Below are positions 1 to 9,600 of a stretch of 64,000 nucleotides of DNA, in pieces. Under the pieces are notes generated by a model. The model searched no databases. It saw only the letters and a program-made list of their open reading frames with translations, and was not told where the DNA came from. A program made the translations under genes and the position numbers. Location of the stretch: IMG/VR virus record IMGVR_UViG_2639762749_000010, positions 1-64,000 of that record; one strand, 5' to 3'. Within the stretch, counting starts at the first letter, position 1; every line of letters begins with the position of its first letter. The stretch comes from a virus. Its lineage: Duplodnaviria; Caudoviricetes.

Positions 1-1080
1 GGCGGCGGCAGTTTTGGCATCATTGACCTGTTTGTCTGTCTCGGCCCTGCTGTACGTCTCGCCCTTGCCGTAGGCCCCGACATCGGCGGCATTGGGTTTG
101 GTGGTGGATGAATAGATCGCAGTCCATCCGATCCATTTAGCCCCGTTGTCCCAGGATTGTCGTACTGCGACTTGTCCATTATGGGCAGTGTAACGCTGGG
201 CAATGACGCCATTGCTATTGTGTACTTCCAGAATACCGTAACCGTAAAACCCTGCCGGTGCATCGGCAACCGCCGCGATATTCTTAATTCCCACCTTGTA
301 AAAACCGCTCGATAAGCAATGTTGAAATTTGCCCGTGTCATCAAGAAAAGCTACTTCCTGTTTTGACATCTTCCCCGATAACGCATTGTTCGTCGTTTCA
401 GCAAAGTTTTTATTTCCGCCAAGCGATTTTGCCAGCTGGCCGAAGGTGTTTAAGCCATTAGGGGCATCACCAAGCAATGTTTTCCTGAGAATATTGACGG
501 CTTTGGGATTGGCGGCAATCCCTTCATCATCACTGTCGATCTTTTCGCTTAATGTGATACCAACAGTTTGCGCCACACGATGTGAGGTATCAATCATGGC
601 ATGTGTCACAGCCTTAGCGTCCATAGGGACGTTAACACGGCATAACTCTAACTGATTGCCTGATATACCCTGAGAAACGTCTACCACGACGATATGAGCC
701 GCGTTAAGCGTGGAGGATGAATCTACTTGGTTGGTGACTTTGCCAAATTCAAAATTGGCCTCCAGCGCAATGATGCTGGTTTTACTGGCCGGAACCGGAA
801 CAATGACATCTTTCACCTGTTGAATGGAAATCTGACTTTTACCGACGTTGATTGATGCTGCGCCCTGCCCGTCTTTCTCTGAGGCGGAGGTGATCATCAC
901 TGACAGTCCAGCACCCGCTTTGGGGTGAAATCCGGCATAAATACCTGCCCGTAAGATCCCTTTCAGCTTACGATTTAAGGCGCTTGATGTGTATGGCTCC
1001 AAATATTGTACATCGGCCAACAGTGGCAGGGAGCCGCTTTCACTGGAAAGCACGACGGCTTCATTGATTACCTGAGACAT
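1..1080 (-). CDS. S: Tail fibre protein, P1 gpS-like (3' end runs off the window)
   Basis: Not in the ORF track. ATG at 1078-1080 overlaps the R stop (TAATG). N-terminus MSQVINEAVVLSSESGSLPLLADVQYLEPYTSSALNRKLKGILRAGIYAGFHP resembles P1 gpS. Distal part has fibre-type motifs (VRQSWDNGAKWIGW, TKPNAADVGAY). Confidence 0.9.
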   Translation of the reverse strand, partial: MSQVINEAVVLSSESGSLPLLADVQYLEPYTSSALNRKLKGILRAGIYAGFHPKAGAGLSVMITSASEKDGQGAASINVGKSQISIQQVKDVIVPVPASKTSIIALEANFEFGKVTNQVDSSSTLNAAHIVVVDVSQGISGNQLELCRVNVPMDAKAVTHAMIDTSHRVAQTVGITLSEKIDSDDEGIAANPKAVNILRKTLLGDAPNGLNTFGQLAKSLGGNKNFAETTNNALSGKMSKQEVAFLDDTGKFQHCLSSGFYKVGIKNIAAVADAPAGFYGYGILEVHNSNGVIAQRYTAHNGQVAVRQSWDNGAKWIGWTAIYSSTTKPNAADVGAYGKGETYSRAETDKQVNDAKTAAA

Positions 1081-1529
1081 TAGGCTACCTTCTGCTCGAT
1101 TGTCATTAATGCGGTAAATAATTTGCCCTTATGCAGCGTGTCTTGCTGACAGCACAACACACCGAAAATATTGCCTTTGTTATCCACCAGTGCCAGTGTG
1201 TTGAAATCAAAGGCTTTATCTTCAGGAAGATCGGCTTCAGGCAATGTCGCATTGATTGAGATGGTGCTACCGGATACGGTACAGATAAGCGAACATTCAG
1301 CGAATTTCTTCAGAAGATCTTTATTTGCAAAATCCAAGGGAATATTGGCAATATCCCAACCACCGGTCGGGTTGGCGGTGACCAGCGAGGAAGTACCAAA
1401 CCAGCCTTTGGTAATTAAAAATTGGCCGTTAACACCGATTGCAGATTCAGCACGGCGGCTGTAGTAATAGTTCAGTAATTGACCTTTGTAGAGCTTTCCG
1501 TTTGATACGGAGGCGAGAGCATCTGCCAT
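1080..1529 (-). CDS. R: Tail fibre/baseplate structural protein, P1 gpR-like
   Basis: LYKGQLLNYYYSRRAESAI...FGTSSLVT...FNTLALVD matches recalled P1 R; lies directly upstream of S. Confidence 0.85.
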   Translation of the reverse strand: MADALASVSNGKLYKGQLLNYYYSRRAESAIGVNGQFLITKGWFGTSSLVTANPTGGWDIANIPLDFANKDLLKKFAECSLICTVSGSTISINATLPEADLPEDKAFDFNTLALVDNKGNIFGVLCCQQDTLHKGKLFTALMTIEQKVA

Positions 1530-1552
1530 AAAACAACCTCATTCTGTGTATT

Positions 1553-1735
1553 TTACGGCAGTATATTGGAACTATAATTTCTCAATAAACCCATAGGGCA
1601 TTCTGAGATAGATAGTGAGCGTTTTTTTCTGTAGGGTTTGACTGAGATACTGAGTTTTTGGTGAGTGTCGAGTAGTTGTTTTAGATTTTCGTAAAATAGT
1701 TTTTTATTCGATTCATGCAGGCAAAAATTATCCAT
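1553..1735 (-). pseudogene. Truncated NinB/YbcN-like protein (N-terminal part only)
   Basis: FCLHESNK...ISVKPYRKKRSLS matches the family N-terminus, but similarity ends at the KRSLS(QN) motif and the ORF stops at 60 aa. Confidence 0.6.
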
Positions 1736-1745
1736 CTAACCTCCG

Positions 1746-1973
1746 TTATATCCCTTCGAAAATAGCCTTTTCTTGCCATTTCAGTAGTTCATCCTCAGAG
1801 CATCGTTGGTAACACGGCGGCTCAACTTTTGATTTATAACCAGCCCACCAATACCAGCCGCTGCGGTGCTCTGCTGTACCACACCCTTTACAGAGGTGAA
1901 CCCGACACATTTCTGACCACTGATAATTATGGCCTGCTGAATTGTTCAGTCGCTCAATCGCTGCTCTGGTCAT
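1746..1973 (-). CDS. Small Cys-rich phage hypothetical protein
   Basis: 75-aa ORF co-oriented in the block, with a CKGC motif. Confidence 0.6.
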   Translation of the reverse strand: MTRAAIERLNNSAGHNYQWSEMCRVHLCKGCGTAEHRSGWYWWAGYKSKVEPPCYQRCSEDELLKWQEKAIFEGI

Positions 1974-2030
1974 CGTTATTTGCCCTCTGGTTCCATGCCT
2001 GAATAACTGTCAATTAATCCCCGCAGTTTT

Positions 2031-2480
2031 TTAACTTTCTCCCTCCATCAGTTCATCCGGTATCTCTACCTCGTCGCCTAACTGTGCAGCGACGACAGCA
2101 CGACAGATGGCAATTTGTGGTGTGTCACCATCTTCAATTACACTTTCAAGCTCTTCGAAATTAAATATGTATGCCGACCACTCTTCACTGACTGAATTGA
2201 AGTTTAATTCAACATGGTGCTTCTCAATCAACGGCCCGCACCGCGCCCAATCGGTTGATGGTGAATACGGTTTTGATTCAGCTTCGAATTCAATATGCAC
2301 GTCATTACACAATCCAACCGTGATAATCGGTTTTTCAAATGCTGCCTGTCTAACTCTACCATTACCAATCCATTTGTACTCATTATCATGGTGATTTACC
2401 ATATAAATATCCATACCAACAGCCCTAGCCACAGCCCAGTCCAACGCCCGTCCCGTCAGTTCGCTTGTTTTGATTTTCAT
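2031..2480 (-). CDS. DUF2591/NinX-like (phage ABA-sandwich) protein
   Basis: KTSELTGRALDWAVA, YSPSTDW..CGPLIEK and G.TPQIAICRAVVA..LGDEVEIP are family motifs. Confidence 0.75.
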   Translation of the reverse strand: MKIKTSELTGRALDWAVARAVGMDIYMVNHHDNEYKWIGNGRVRQAAFEKPIITVGLCNDVHIEFEAESKPYSPSTDWARCGPLIEKHHVELNFNSVSEEWSAYIFNFEELESVIEDGDTPQIAICRAVVAAQLGDEVEIPDELMEGES

Positions 2481-2815
2481 TAAAATGCCTTACCGCCAGT
2501 CTTGGTGCGATTCTCTCGTTTATGGTCTGCCCGGTGTCTGTTGTATGCTAACTTTTCAGCAATCGCGCTCTCGATGTCATAACCAAATGCCTCTGCATAA
2601 TCTAAAATTCGAATCACTGCATCAGCCAATTCGACCTCAGACATAGGACGATGAGGCAAATGGTCGTCCATCAAATTTTTACGCTCTCCCTCCATTGCCT
2701 CGCTGATTTCTGAGTGAATTAAACAAAGTAACGTGCCTCGTTCTCTTGGATTGTCACACCAATCCGCATCAACATTTTGCTGGTGAATTTGCTGTTGTAA
2801 TTCAGTTAGTTTCAT
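2480..2815 (-). CDS. MazG-like all-alpha NTP pyrophosphohydrolase
   Basis: LIHSEISEAMEG...EVELADAVIRILD gives the EXXE...EXXD metal-binding signature, followed by KLAYNRHR. Confidence 0.8.
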   Translation of the reverse strand: MKLTELQQQIHQQNVDADWCDNPRERGTLLCLIHSEISEAMEGERKNLMDDHLPHRPMSEVELADAVIRILDYAEAFGYDIESAIAEKLAYNRHRADHKRENRTKTGGKAF

Positions 2816-2857
2816 CTCAAAAGTCCTTCTTGTGGGGTTTATTTGGTCTAGCGTTGA

Positions 2858-4885
2858 CTAGATAAAGACGATCTTCACTATATCGTTAAATGAATGTAAA
2901 CCATCGCTTGGCAGCTGCACTTCAGTGGTTCCCATCGGGAACTCATAACTGCTCATTTTACCGTCTGAGTAACTGACCAAACAGCCTCGCTGTCCTGTTG
3001 TTTCAAGGATGACCCGGCCGGATACTTCCCTAAGACGGGGATCACCCATAAAGACAGGCGGCGCGAGGACGTTGACATCAAGCGCCCACATGTCTAATGG
3101 CACTTCGTCCATTTTCATTTTCAAATGGGTAGTTTGGGCGTTGAATTCGACAGGTGCCATGTTGGATGAAAGTTCGGCACCCACTTGCATCTTGTTAACC
3201 GTGTCGCGTTTTTCCGGTACTGTACTGACGCGGACTTGCTTAGTCGAGTGTTTAAAACGGATGATGTCACTGCGATCATGCAGTTGAGCGATGTAAAACA
3301 GACGCGTTTCCGCCATGTTCAGGCGGGTGAGTGTCTGGAATTCGACCGGCGCTATCTTGGACGACAGTTCGGTGTTGAATCGCATTCTTTCAACCGTGTC
3401 ACTCTTTTCCGGTATGGCGCTGATACGCACTTGTTCGGTTGTCCGTTCAAGGCGAACGGTATCCCGCTTATTATGTAGCTGTACCGCGTAGAAAAGGCGT
3501 ATTTCCGTCATATTCAGGCGGGTGAAGGTGTTGAATTCGACAGGTGCGATGGTGGATGAGAGCCCCGTGTTAAACCATATACTTTCGATCGTCTCACTTT
3601 TTTCCGGTATGGCGCTGACACGTATCTGTTCAGCCATGTGTTGCAGGCGAGTGATATCGCTGTCATCTTTCAGCTGAATATTGGGTGAGAGCTGGGTGTT
3701 AAAGCGTATGCTTTCAACTGTGTCGAGCTTTTCTGGTATGGCGCTGATACGCACCTGTTCTGCTGTTTGCTTCAGGCGAACGGCATCGTTGTGTTCCGCA
3801 AGCTGGGATTCATAAAGAAGAAATTCTGGCATGACACAGTAGATTATTTTTTCTACCTGTGCGATCTGTTCAGCGGGAATAGGTAAACACGCCTTTTTCG
3901 CCCATGATGGAAATGAATAGCGTTTTATCCCTGCCCCTTTCAGTGACACAAGACACCCATAATGGCCTTCAGTGGATATCCATATTTTGTTATCAATGAG
4001 GATCAGCCGTGGATCATTTTGCGTGCCAAAAGGGACGGGAATAATAGGGGGCGTTTGGTGTAAATCTAACGCCCACGCATCAAGGGGCATTTCATCAAAG
4101 CGATGTATGCGCTGTTTCAGCGGGCGGATAATGGCGCTGATGGTCTGATTTGGCAGTCTTAACTGGCGGGTATATCCCGATAATGTGTTGGTGACATCCT
4201 GAAGTTTAAATTGCGCATCGATGAATATGCGGAGCTGTTTGAGGATCAGTAATTCCGCTTCTTCCGTGATGGTGAAGTAGAAAAAAAAATGAAAGCCGTT
4301 ATACACGATTTCCAATGGAATAAGAGGCGCAATAACCTGATCAAATTGTTCCGTTAATCTTCTGAACAGCTTTGCCTGCTCTTTGTAGCCATATTGTTCA
4401 TACAGCGTGTTGAGTGACAATTGGATTACCCCCCGCGAGGTCAGAAAAAACTCGCCATAGCGTGATTTGGCGGTTTCTACCAGCTCCTGCGGAAGAAACA
4501 CTGTCCCATAGGGAAAGTGCTCTTGATCCAGAGGGGCCCATAAAGGCGTCCATTTGGCCGGCAGGTTGTTAAATTCCCGCCAAAAGGTGGAGGAAATGGG
4601 CCTTTCCGTGCCCTTAAAATGGATCTCATCAAGACGCTGAGAGAGCAAAATTGGTTTGCTTTTCTCGTTTTCCGTCCGAATGATGAAAAATTTCCCCAGC
4701 TCTGCGATGCGCTTATCCAGGTCTTCAGGGTGCATTGTAAAGATCGACTTCCTATTGGAAAGGCGCTCCAACAATGGCTCTACCGTTTTTTCTAAAACGG
4801 CTTGTAAGCTGTCTGTAAACTCACACCACAGTTTTGATTTTTGCTTTTCTGGTGTAAGCCTGTTCTTTAACCAATCCTTAATCAT
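2858..4885 (-). CDS. 16: Baseplate protein, P1 gp16-like, with about 400 aa of C-terminal repeat extension
   Basis: N-terminal ~275 aa match P1 gp16 (RLTPEKQKS, NRKSIF, QRLDEIHFKGTERPI, FLTSRG); sits between bplA and R. Confidence 0.85.
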   Translation of the reverse strand: MIKDWLKNRLTPEKQKSKLWCEFTDSLQAVLEKTVEPLLERLSNRKSIFTMHPEDLDKRIAELGKFFIIRTENEKSKPILLSQRLDEIHFKGTERPISSTFWREFNNLPAKWTPLWAPLDQEHFPYGTVFLPQELVETAKSRYGEFFLTSRGVIQLSLNTLYEQYGYKEQAKLFRRLTEQFDQVIAPLIPLEIVYNGFHFFFYFTITEEAELLILKQLRIFIDAQFKLQDVTNTLSGYTRQLRLPNQTISAIIRPLKQRIHRFDEMPLDAWALDLHQTPPIIPVPFGTQNDPRLILIDNKIWISTEGHYGCLVSLKGAGIKRYSFPSWAKKACLPIPAEQIAQVEKIIYCVMPEFLLYESQLAEHNDAVRLKQTAEQVRISAIPEKLDTVESIRFNTQLSPNIQLKDDSDITRLQHMAEQIRVSAIPEKSETIESIWFNTGLSSTIAPVEFNTFTRLNMTEIRLFYAVQLHNKRDTVRLERTTEQVRISAIPEKSDTVERMRFNTELSSKIAPVEFQTLTRLNMAETRLFYIAQLHDRSDIIRFKHSTKQVRVSTVPEKRDTVNKMQVGAELSSNMAPVEFNAQTTHLKMKMDEVPLDMWALDVNVLAPPVFMGDPRLREVSGRVILETTGQRGCLVSYSDGKMSSYEFPMGTTEVQLPSDGLHSFNDIVKIVFI
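3130..3800. repeat. Four degenerate in-frame repeats in gene 16 (spacings 195, 195 and 129 bp)
   Basis: CCGGTATGGCGCTGA-like anchors near 3214, 3409, 3604 and 3733; protein unit RL..T.EQVRISAIPEK.DTVE..RFNT.LS. Confidence 0.9.
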
Positions 4886-4893
4886 GTCTGGCC

Positions 4894-6306
4894 TTAATAA
4901 GCGATTTCGAACACTGAATTCTCAGTATCGAGATAGATAAAATCATTCAGCTGTTTTGCCTCCGTCATACCAATAACCTCAATGTTGAATTCAGCCAGTA
5001 CATCCAACGATTCAACACAAGCCCACAGGTTATTGACCCGGATCTGTTCAAAATCACCGGCGCTGTTTGAATCAAAGCTGGTGGCATCGCGCCCGAACTG
5101 GGTATTTAACTGATCACGGATTTTGGTTTTTGCATCTGAAATAATGACGCTTTTGATAGCAACCCCTGTGAGCTTTATCGTGAAGGGCAGTTCGTTAGAT
5201 TCGACATAAACGAACTTTTTGTTCAGCGCATTGGGAATGGATTCTAGGGCATCTAAAATTTCTTTTTTCAATGATCCCTGCGTTGATTGGGGCTTATGGC
5301 CACAAATGAAAATCGCGTTAATATTATTCAGATCCTTAATGCCGGTGGATTTTTCCTGTTGCTGCTCTCCCCAGATGTTAAGCCATGACGTGCCGACAAT
5401 TTTTGACTTCAAATAAAATTTGTAGTCCCCACCCCAAACCACCTGATCGTCATAGGCAATGTAGTATTGAGCGCGGTTTCGGATTTCTTCCGTTGTTTCA
5501 CTCCCTGCACCGTTGGTGATAGGGGTTGTGGTGATAATTTCTAAATTATTGGTGTAGGCAGAAAATGAATTCGACGGTATCAACTTTTGTCCTTCTACCA
5601 ACGTGATATCCCCGGCACTGCACCAAACGTGAATATCGATGATACTGCCCTCTGGGGGTTTTTTCCCGATAGACCCATCGCCAAAGCGAATGCCTAATTG
5701 TTCTGTTGGTTTATAAAACAGGACGTAGTTTTGACTTGTCCCTGTTGCGAGGCGGAATTGCGGGTTTTCTTCCCATAATGCTTCGACACCATCAATGGTG
5801 ACGTAGACGTCAATCTTCACGCATTCAGCGGTCAGATTTTTAGGCAGAATGACAGACGTAAAATCTTCTTCCAGCTGGACGTTTTTTGTGACTTTAACAA
5901 TCTCCATCTGTTTAATATTGATATCTGTAATCGTTTCGCCAGCGGGGATATCTAACACATCCATGATCATGTATGGATACTGATGATCGGATAAGTAAGT
6001 CGAAAACGCCGGTAACTGAATGCGGTTGGATGTCTTATTTCGCACGGACGCTAACCCACTGCTGGGGGTAATTAATCGGCCTACATAGCCCTTATCTTCA
6101 GCGGCGGCCAAGATGGATGAACGTTTGGTCGCTGTTGAAATAAATCCCTCCGCTAAGGCGCGTTCAGCAAAGGTTTGCGCATAATAAATAACTTGTGCGC
6201 CAAAAATTACCATCATTTTGACGAACTGGCTGTTCGTGAAACGCGCCCACCAGCTATTCTGCTGAAGTGTTTCATTAAATTTGTCGAGTAAATCCTGAAT
6301 AGTCAT
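4894..6306 (-). CDS. bplA: Baseplate wedge protein, BplA-like
   Basis: ERALAEGFISTAT.RSSILAAAED.GY and IRFGDG.IGK.PP baseplate-J-like motifs; synteny. Confidence 0.88.
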   Translation of the reverse strand: MTIQDLLDKFNETLQQNSWWARFTNSQFVKMMVIFGAQVIYYAQTFAERALAEGFISTATKRSSILAAAEDKGYVGRLITPSSGLASVRNKTSNRIQLPAFSTYLSDHQYPYMIMDVLDIPAGETITDINIKQMEIVKVTKNVQLEEDFTSVILPKNLTAECVKIDVYVTIDGVEALWEENPQFRLATGTSQNYVLFYKPTEQLGIRFGDGSIGKKPPEGSIIDIHVWCSAGDITLVEGQKLIPSNSFSAYTNNLEIITTTPITNGAGSETTEEIRNRAQYYIAYDDQVVWGGDYKFYLKSKIVGTSWLNIWGEQQQEKSTGIKDLNNINAIFICGHKPQSTQGSLKKEILDALESIPNALNKKFVYVESNELPFTIKLTGVAIKSVIISDAKTKIRDQLNTQFGRDATSFDSNSAGDFEQIRVNNLWACVESLDVLAEFNIEVIGMTEAKQLNDFIYLDTENSVFEIAY

Positions 6307-6659
6307 TAATTCCCCTTTTGCAGCCCAATCGTGACTGTACCGGTTTGTATTTGGAATGTGATTACATACATATCTATGGCATCGTTAGCGGGTGCGCAGC
6401 GTATCCCAGACAGGCTGATTTCGGGAACATCAGTCCGTAATTTGGAGATCAAACGATTCTCAATGAAGACGGCCACAAGCTGGTTGGTTGGCTCATGTTT
6501 GAATTCCACTAAAGGATTGCCCCACTCAGGTAAGCCATAAATACTCCCAATGGGAGTACGTAACCATTCCTCTAACCGTGCTGGCAAGGCTTCGCTTTCT
6601 CCTGACTTGAGGGTTAAGCCACCAGCATCGATACGTAGTAAGCAGTCAATCTCATTCAT
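6306..6659 (-). CDS. pmgA: PmgA-like baseplate (gp25-like) protein
   Basis: RL.EWLRTP.GS.YGLP.WGN motif; lies between sit and bplA. Confidence 0.75.
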   Translation of the reverse strand: MNEIDCLLRIDAGGLTLKSGESEALPARLEEWLRTPIGSIYGLPEWGNPLVEFKHEPTNQLVAVFIENRLISKLRTDVPEISLSGIRCAPANDAIDMYVITFQIQTGTVTIGLQKGN

Positions 6660-6661
6660 TC

Positions 6662-9600
6662 CTAGTGATTCCTGTCTCTGAGCATTTCGGATAGTGCGTC
6701 GTTTGCGGCACCCAGCGGAATATCGCTTCTCGGTGCTGGTTGCGCGGAATTCTCGGTTGTATTGGGGTCTTTTCCATTGTTATTTGCTTCTTTTTGAACG
6801 CCGATCAGTTTTTCGATAGACGCCGATATTTTTTGCAACTGGGTAAGCATGGCGCTATCTGTATTGCTGGACGATTTATCGCGTGTGACCGGCGTTTTTA
6901 CCCCACTGGCAGCGAGATCCGTCACGGTGGGCAGACGACTGGGCATGGTCATGCTGACCGGTTGACGGACCGTATTGGCAACGGTATCTACCATTCCATG
7001 CACACCGCTATCAATTTGTTGGGATATAAAGCCCGTGAGGGGAGAAAATGCGCTAGTTTGGCTGTTATCCAATCCAAGTGTGCCTAGCATATCGTCAAGC
7101 ATTCCACTGCTGGAAAAACCTTGTGTCATGCTCTTAGCGGTATCGGCCATGCTAGGCAAGACAATATCCGCTAACGTTTGTGAAAAACTGCCAGAAGCCG
7201 GTTTAGGTTCTGGTAACGGCTCATTTACATTCTTTGCCAGGGCAACTGAAATACTGCCCTTGTTAGCCGATGTTATGGCAGATACGGGGATATTTTCTCT
7301 GTAACTTTGTGTTTGTTCTAGCGGGTTGTAAGCCCGATTTTCGACACGTTTCGTTTTATGTGCCAGGGCAATCTGATCGGCGGGCAGCATGGCCGTTCGT
7401 AATCCGGCAGGCAGATTTTTCGCACTGGCATTCGCTGGGAGTGTTAACCCTGCATCCGGTCTATTCAGGCGAATACCGGCAACATTATTGCCTTCTAACA
7501 CGTTAGTGATCTTTTCATCCGCGATATTACGCGCATCCTTGATACTGTCCCAATAGCCTGTTTTTTTATCATCCGACGTTTTAACATCTTTGGCTTCTTG
7601 GTGCTCTTGGTGCTCTTGGTGCTCTTGGTATTTTGTTTTTGATTCAGGTGCTGTCGTCGCCAGTGATGCGACAGACGCCATGTTTCCTTTCGCCTGAGCC
7701 GTTGTGCCTATGGTTTCAGGCGCACTAAATTGTTCACCTGAATGAATGGCTGTCAGCCCATTTTCTGCTCGTGCTTTGTTCACATGGGCCAATGTTTCTG
7801 GGCTAAACTTACCGACCCATGAATTGGCTGATTCGTCACGAGTACCGATTGCATTTTTGATAAATTCATCGGTTACTTGGGGGTTTCCCCCTTCAATGGT
7901 GGAAATAGCCCTGATCATCTTTGTCATGACTTCAGGGTTTGATAGATCCAGTTGCTGATCGGCTTTAACATCTAACGCGTTTGATAAATTGTCTATATAC
8001 GCTTCGGTGTTATTTTCATTTTTGGGCGCATATTTAGTAATGATGGATTCAACGGTATTGAGTTTTTGATAACCGACCGCTTTTGACGTTCCGTTAGCAT
8101 ATGCCGTAATTTGATTGGCAAGCGCCCTCATGCCCTCTTCTGGGGTATCAAACTTAGCGAAAGTACGCTCGCCTTTTGCATTGGCATCTTCAAGGCGAGC
8201 GCCCTTCTGCCCGACATAGACCAAGTTACCAAAATTATTATTGCGGAAATTTCGGTTGCTGGCGTTTTTACCCCCAATATTCAAGCCGTCACCAAAATTA
8301 TTTTGAAGCGGTGTAGTTGGAGACACAGTAGGCACTGTCTTACCATCTTGTCCCATTTCAGCACCAAGCAGGGGAATTTGATTGGCTAAACTGTTTACGG
8401 CCTGAGTTGTTTTGTCTGCGCCTTCAGTGATAGCCTGAACCAACTCAATATTTTCTGATTCGCTTTGTTTAAGCTGTTGTGCATCTTTTTTATTTTGGTC
8501 ATCAGAAGAGAACAAATTAAGGACACCGGTCACTTTATTGTCTAATGCCTTAGCAATGTCACCGGCATCAAATGTCAATGCGTCGGACGCGCTGTCCATG
8601 CCCAGCCATTTAGCCCCATCCGCCAACAATCCGGCAGAGCCAGACACTAATCCCCCGAGATCAGCCACGTTTGCCAGGGCATACTCTGTTTTTTGACGGG
8701 TTGTGGCTTCCTGGCCGTCTTTTAGGCCAAAGGTTTCACGTTGTGCGTCGGTATCTGTAAAACCGTCATAGGCATCCCAACCTGCGCCTAAAACTGTTCC
8801 AACAACCGGAACCGCTTTAAGTGCTGTTTTGGCTGCGAGTTTTCCCGCTGCTTTGGCGGCGCTTTTTCCTGCCCCTGCTTTTGTCGTTTTTTCCGCACTG
8901 CTCTCTGCCGCTTTTTCCGCCCCTTTTGTTGCGGTTTTTTGGGTTGCATTTTCACTGATCTTATCTTCGGCACTGTCAAGGATTGCTTTGCCCGCCAGTA
9001 TTGTACCCGTTGAACTCGCCACAGCAGCTGTTGTTTTTGCTGCACCTTTTCCTATGTTTTTTATGGTTTTTTTGTTTTTTGTTTTTGTTTTTGTTTTTGT
9101 TTTCTTTTTATCGCGCCCGTCAACGTCAATATCAATACCGCTGTCATCGGTGCCGCCGGATCTGAATTTGGATATCAGCGATTTGATTTTACCCAGCGCC
9201 AGCGCAGACAGAATTGCCGCCCCGAGTTTGCCCCCGATTTTTTTTCCGATGGCTTTGATCGCCAGCGCACTGAAGAGTGTCCCCAGAATGCCATCACCAT
9301 TCTTCTCTTTATTCTTATCAACGAGATCTTCAAGCAGGCTAATGACCTTTTCATCATTGGCTTGCGTTAATTTGGTCTGTTCTTTGATAACTTTTGTTTG
9401 GTTGTTTTGGTCTTGTGCTGAGAATGCGTTGGCTGATTTCGTCTGTTTTTCACCACCTAATGCCGGGGCGGGAATAGAGGGACGGGTTATGGCGGCTTGT
9501 TTTGTTGCCGGCTGAGTTTTCTCACGCTTACCGTTAACCCAATCATGCAGTGAAACCACGTTATTGACGGCATTAGAGGTGACATTTGCGGCTTCTTTTC

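Noticed and set aside
300-520. Possible cix/hix inversion site in the tail fibre gene
   Set aside because: Only weak partial matches to the TC-NN-AAACCAAGGTTT-NN-GA consensus; any invertase would lie outside the window.
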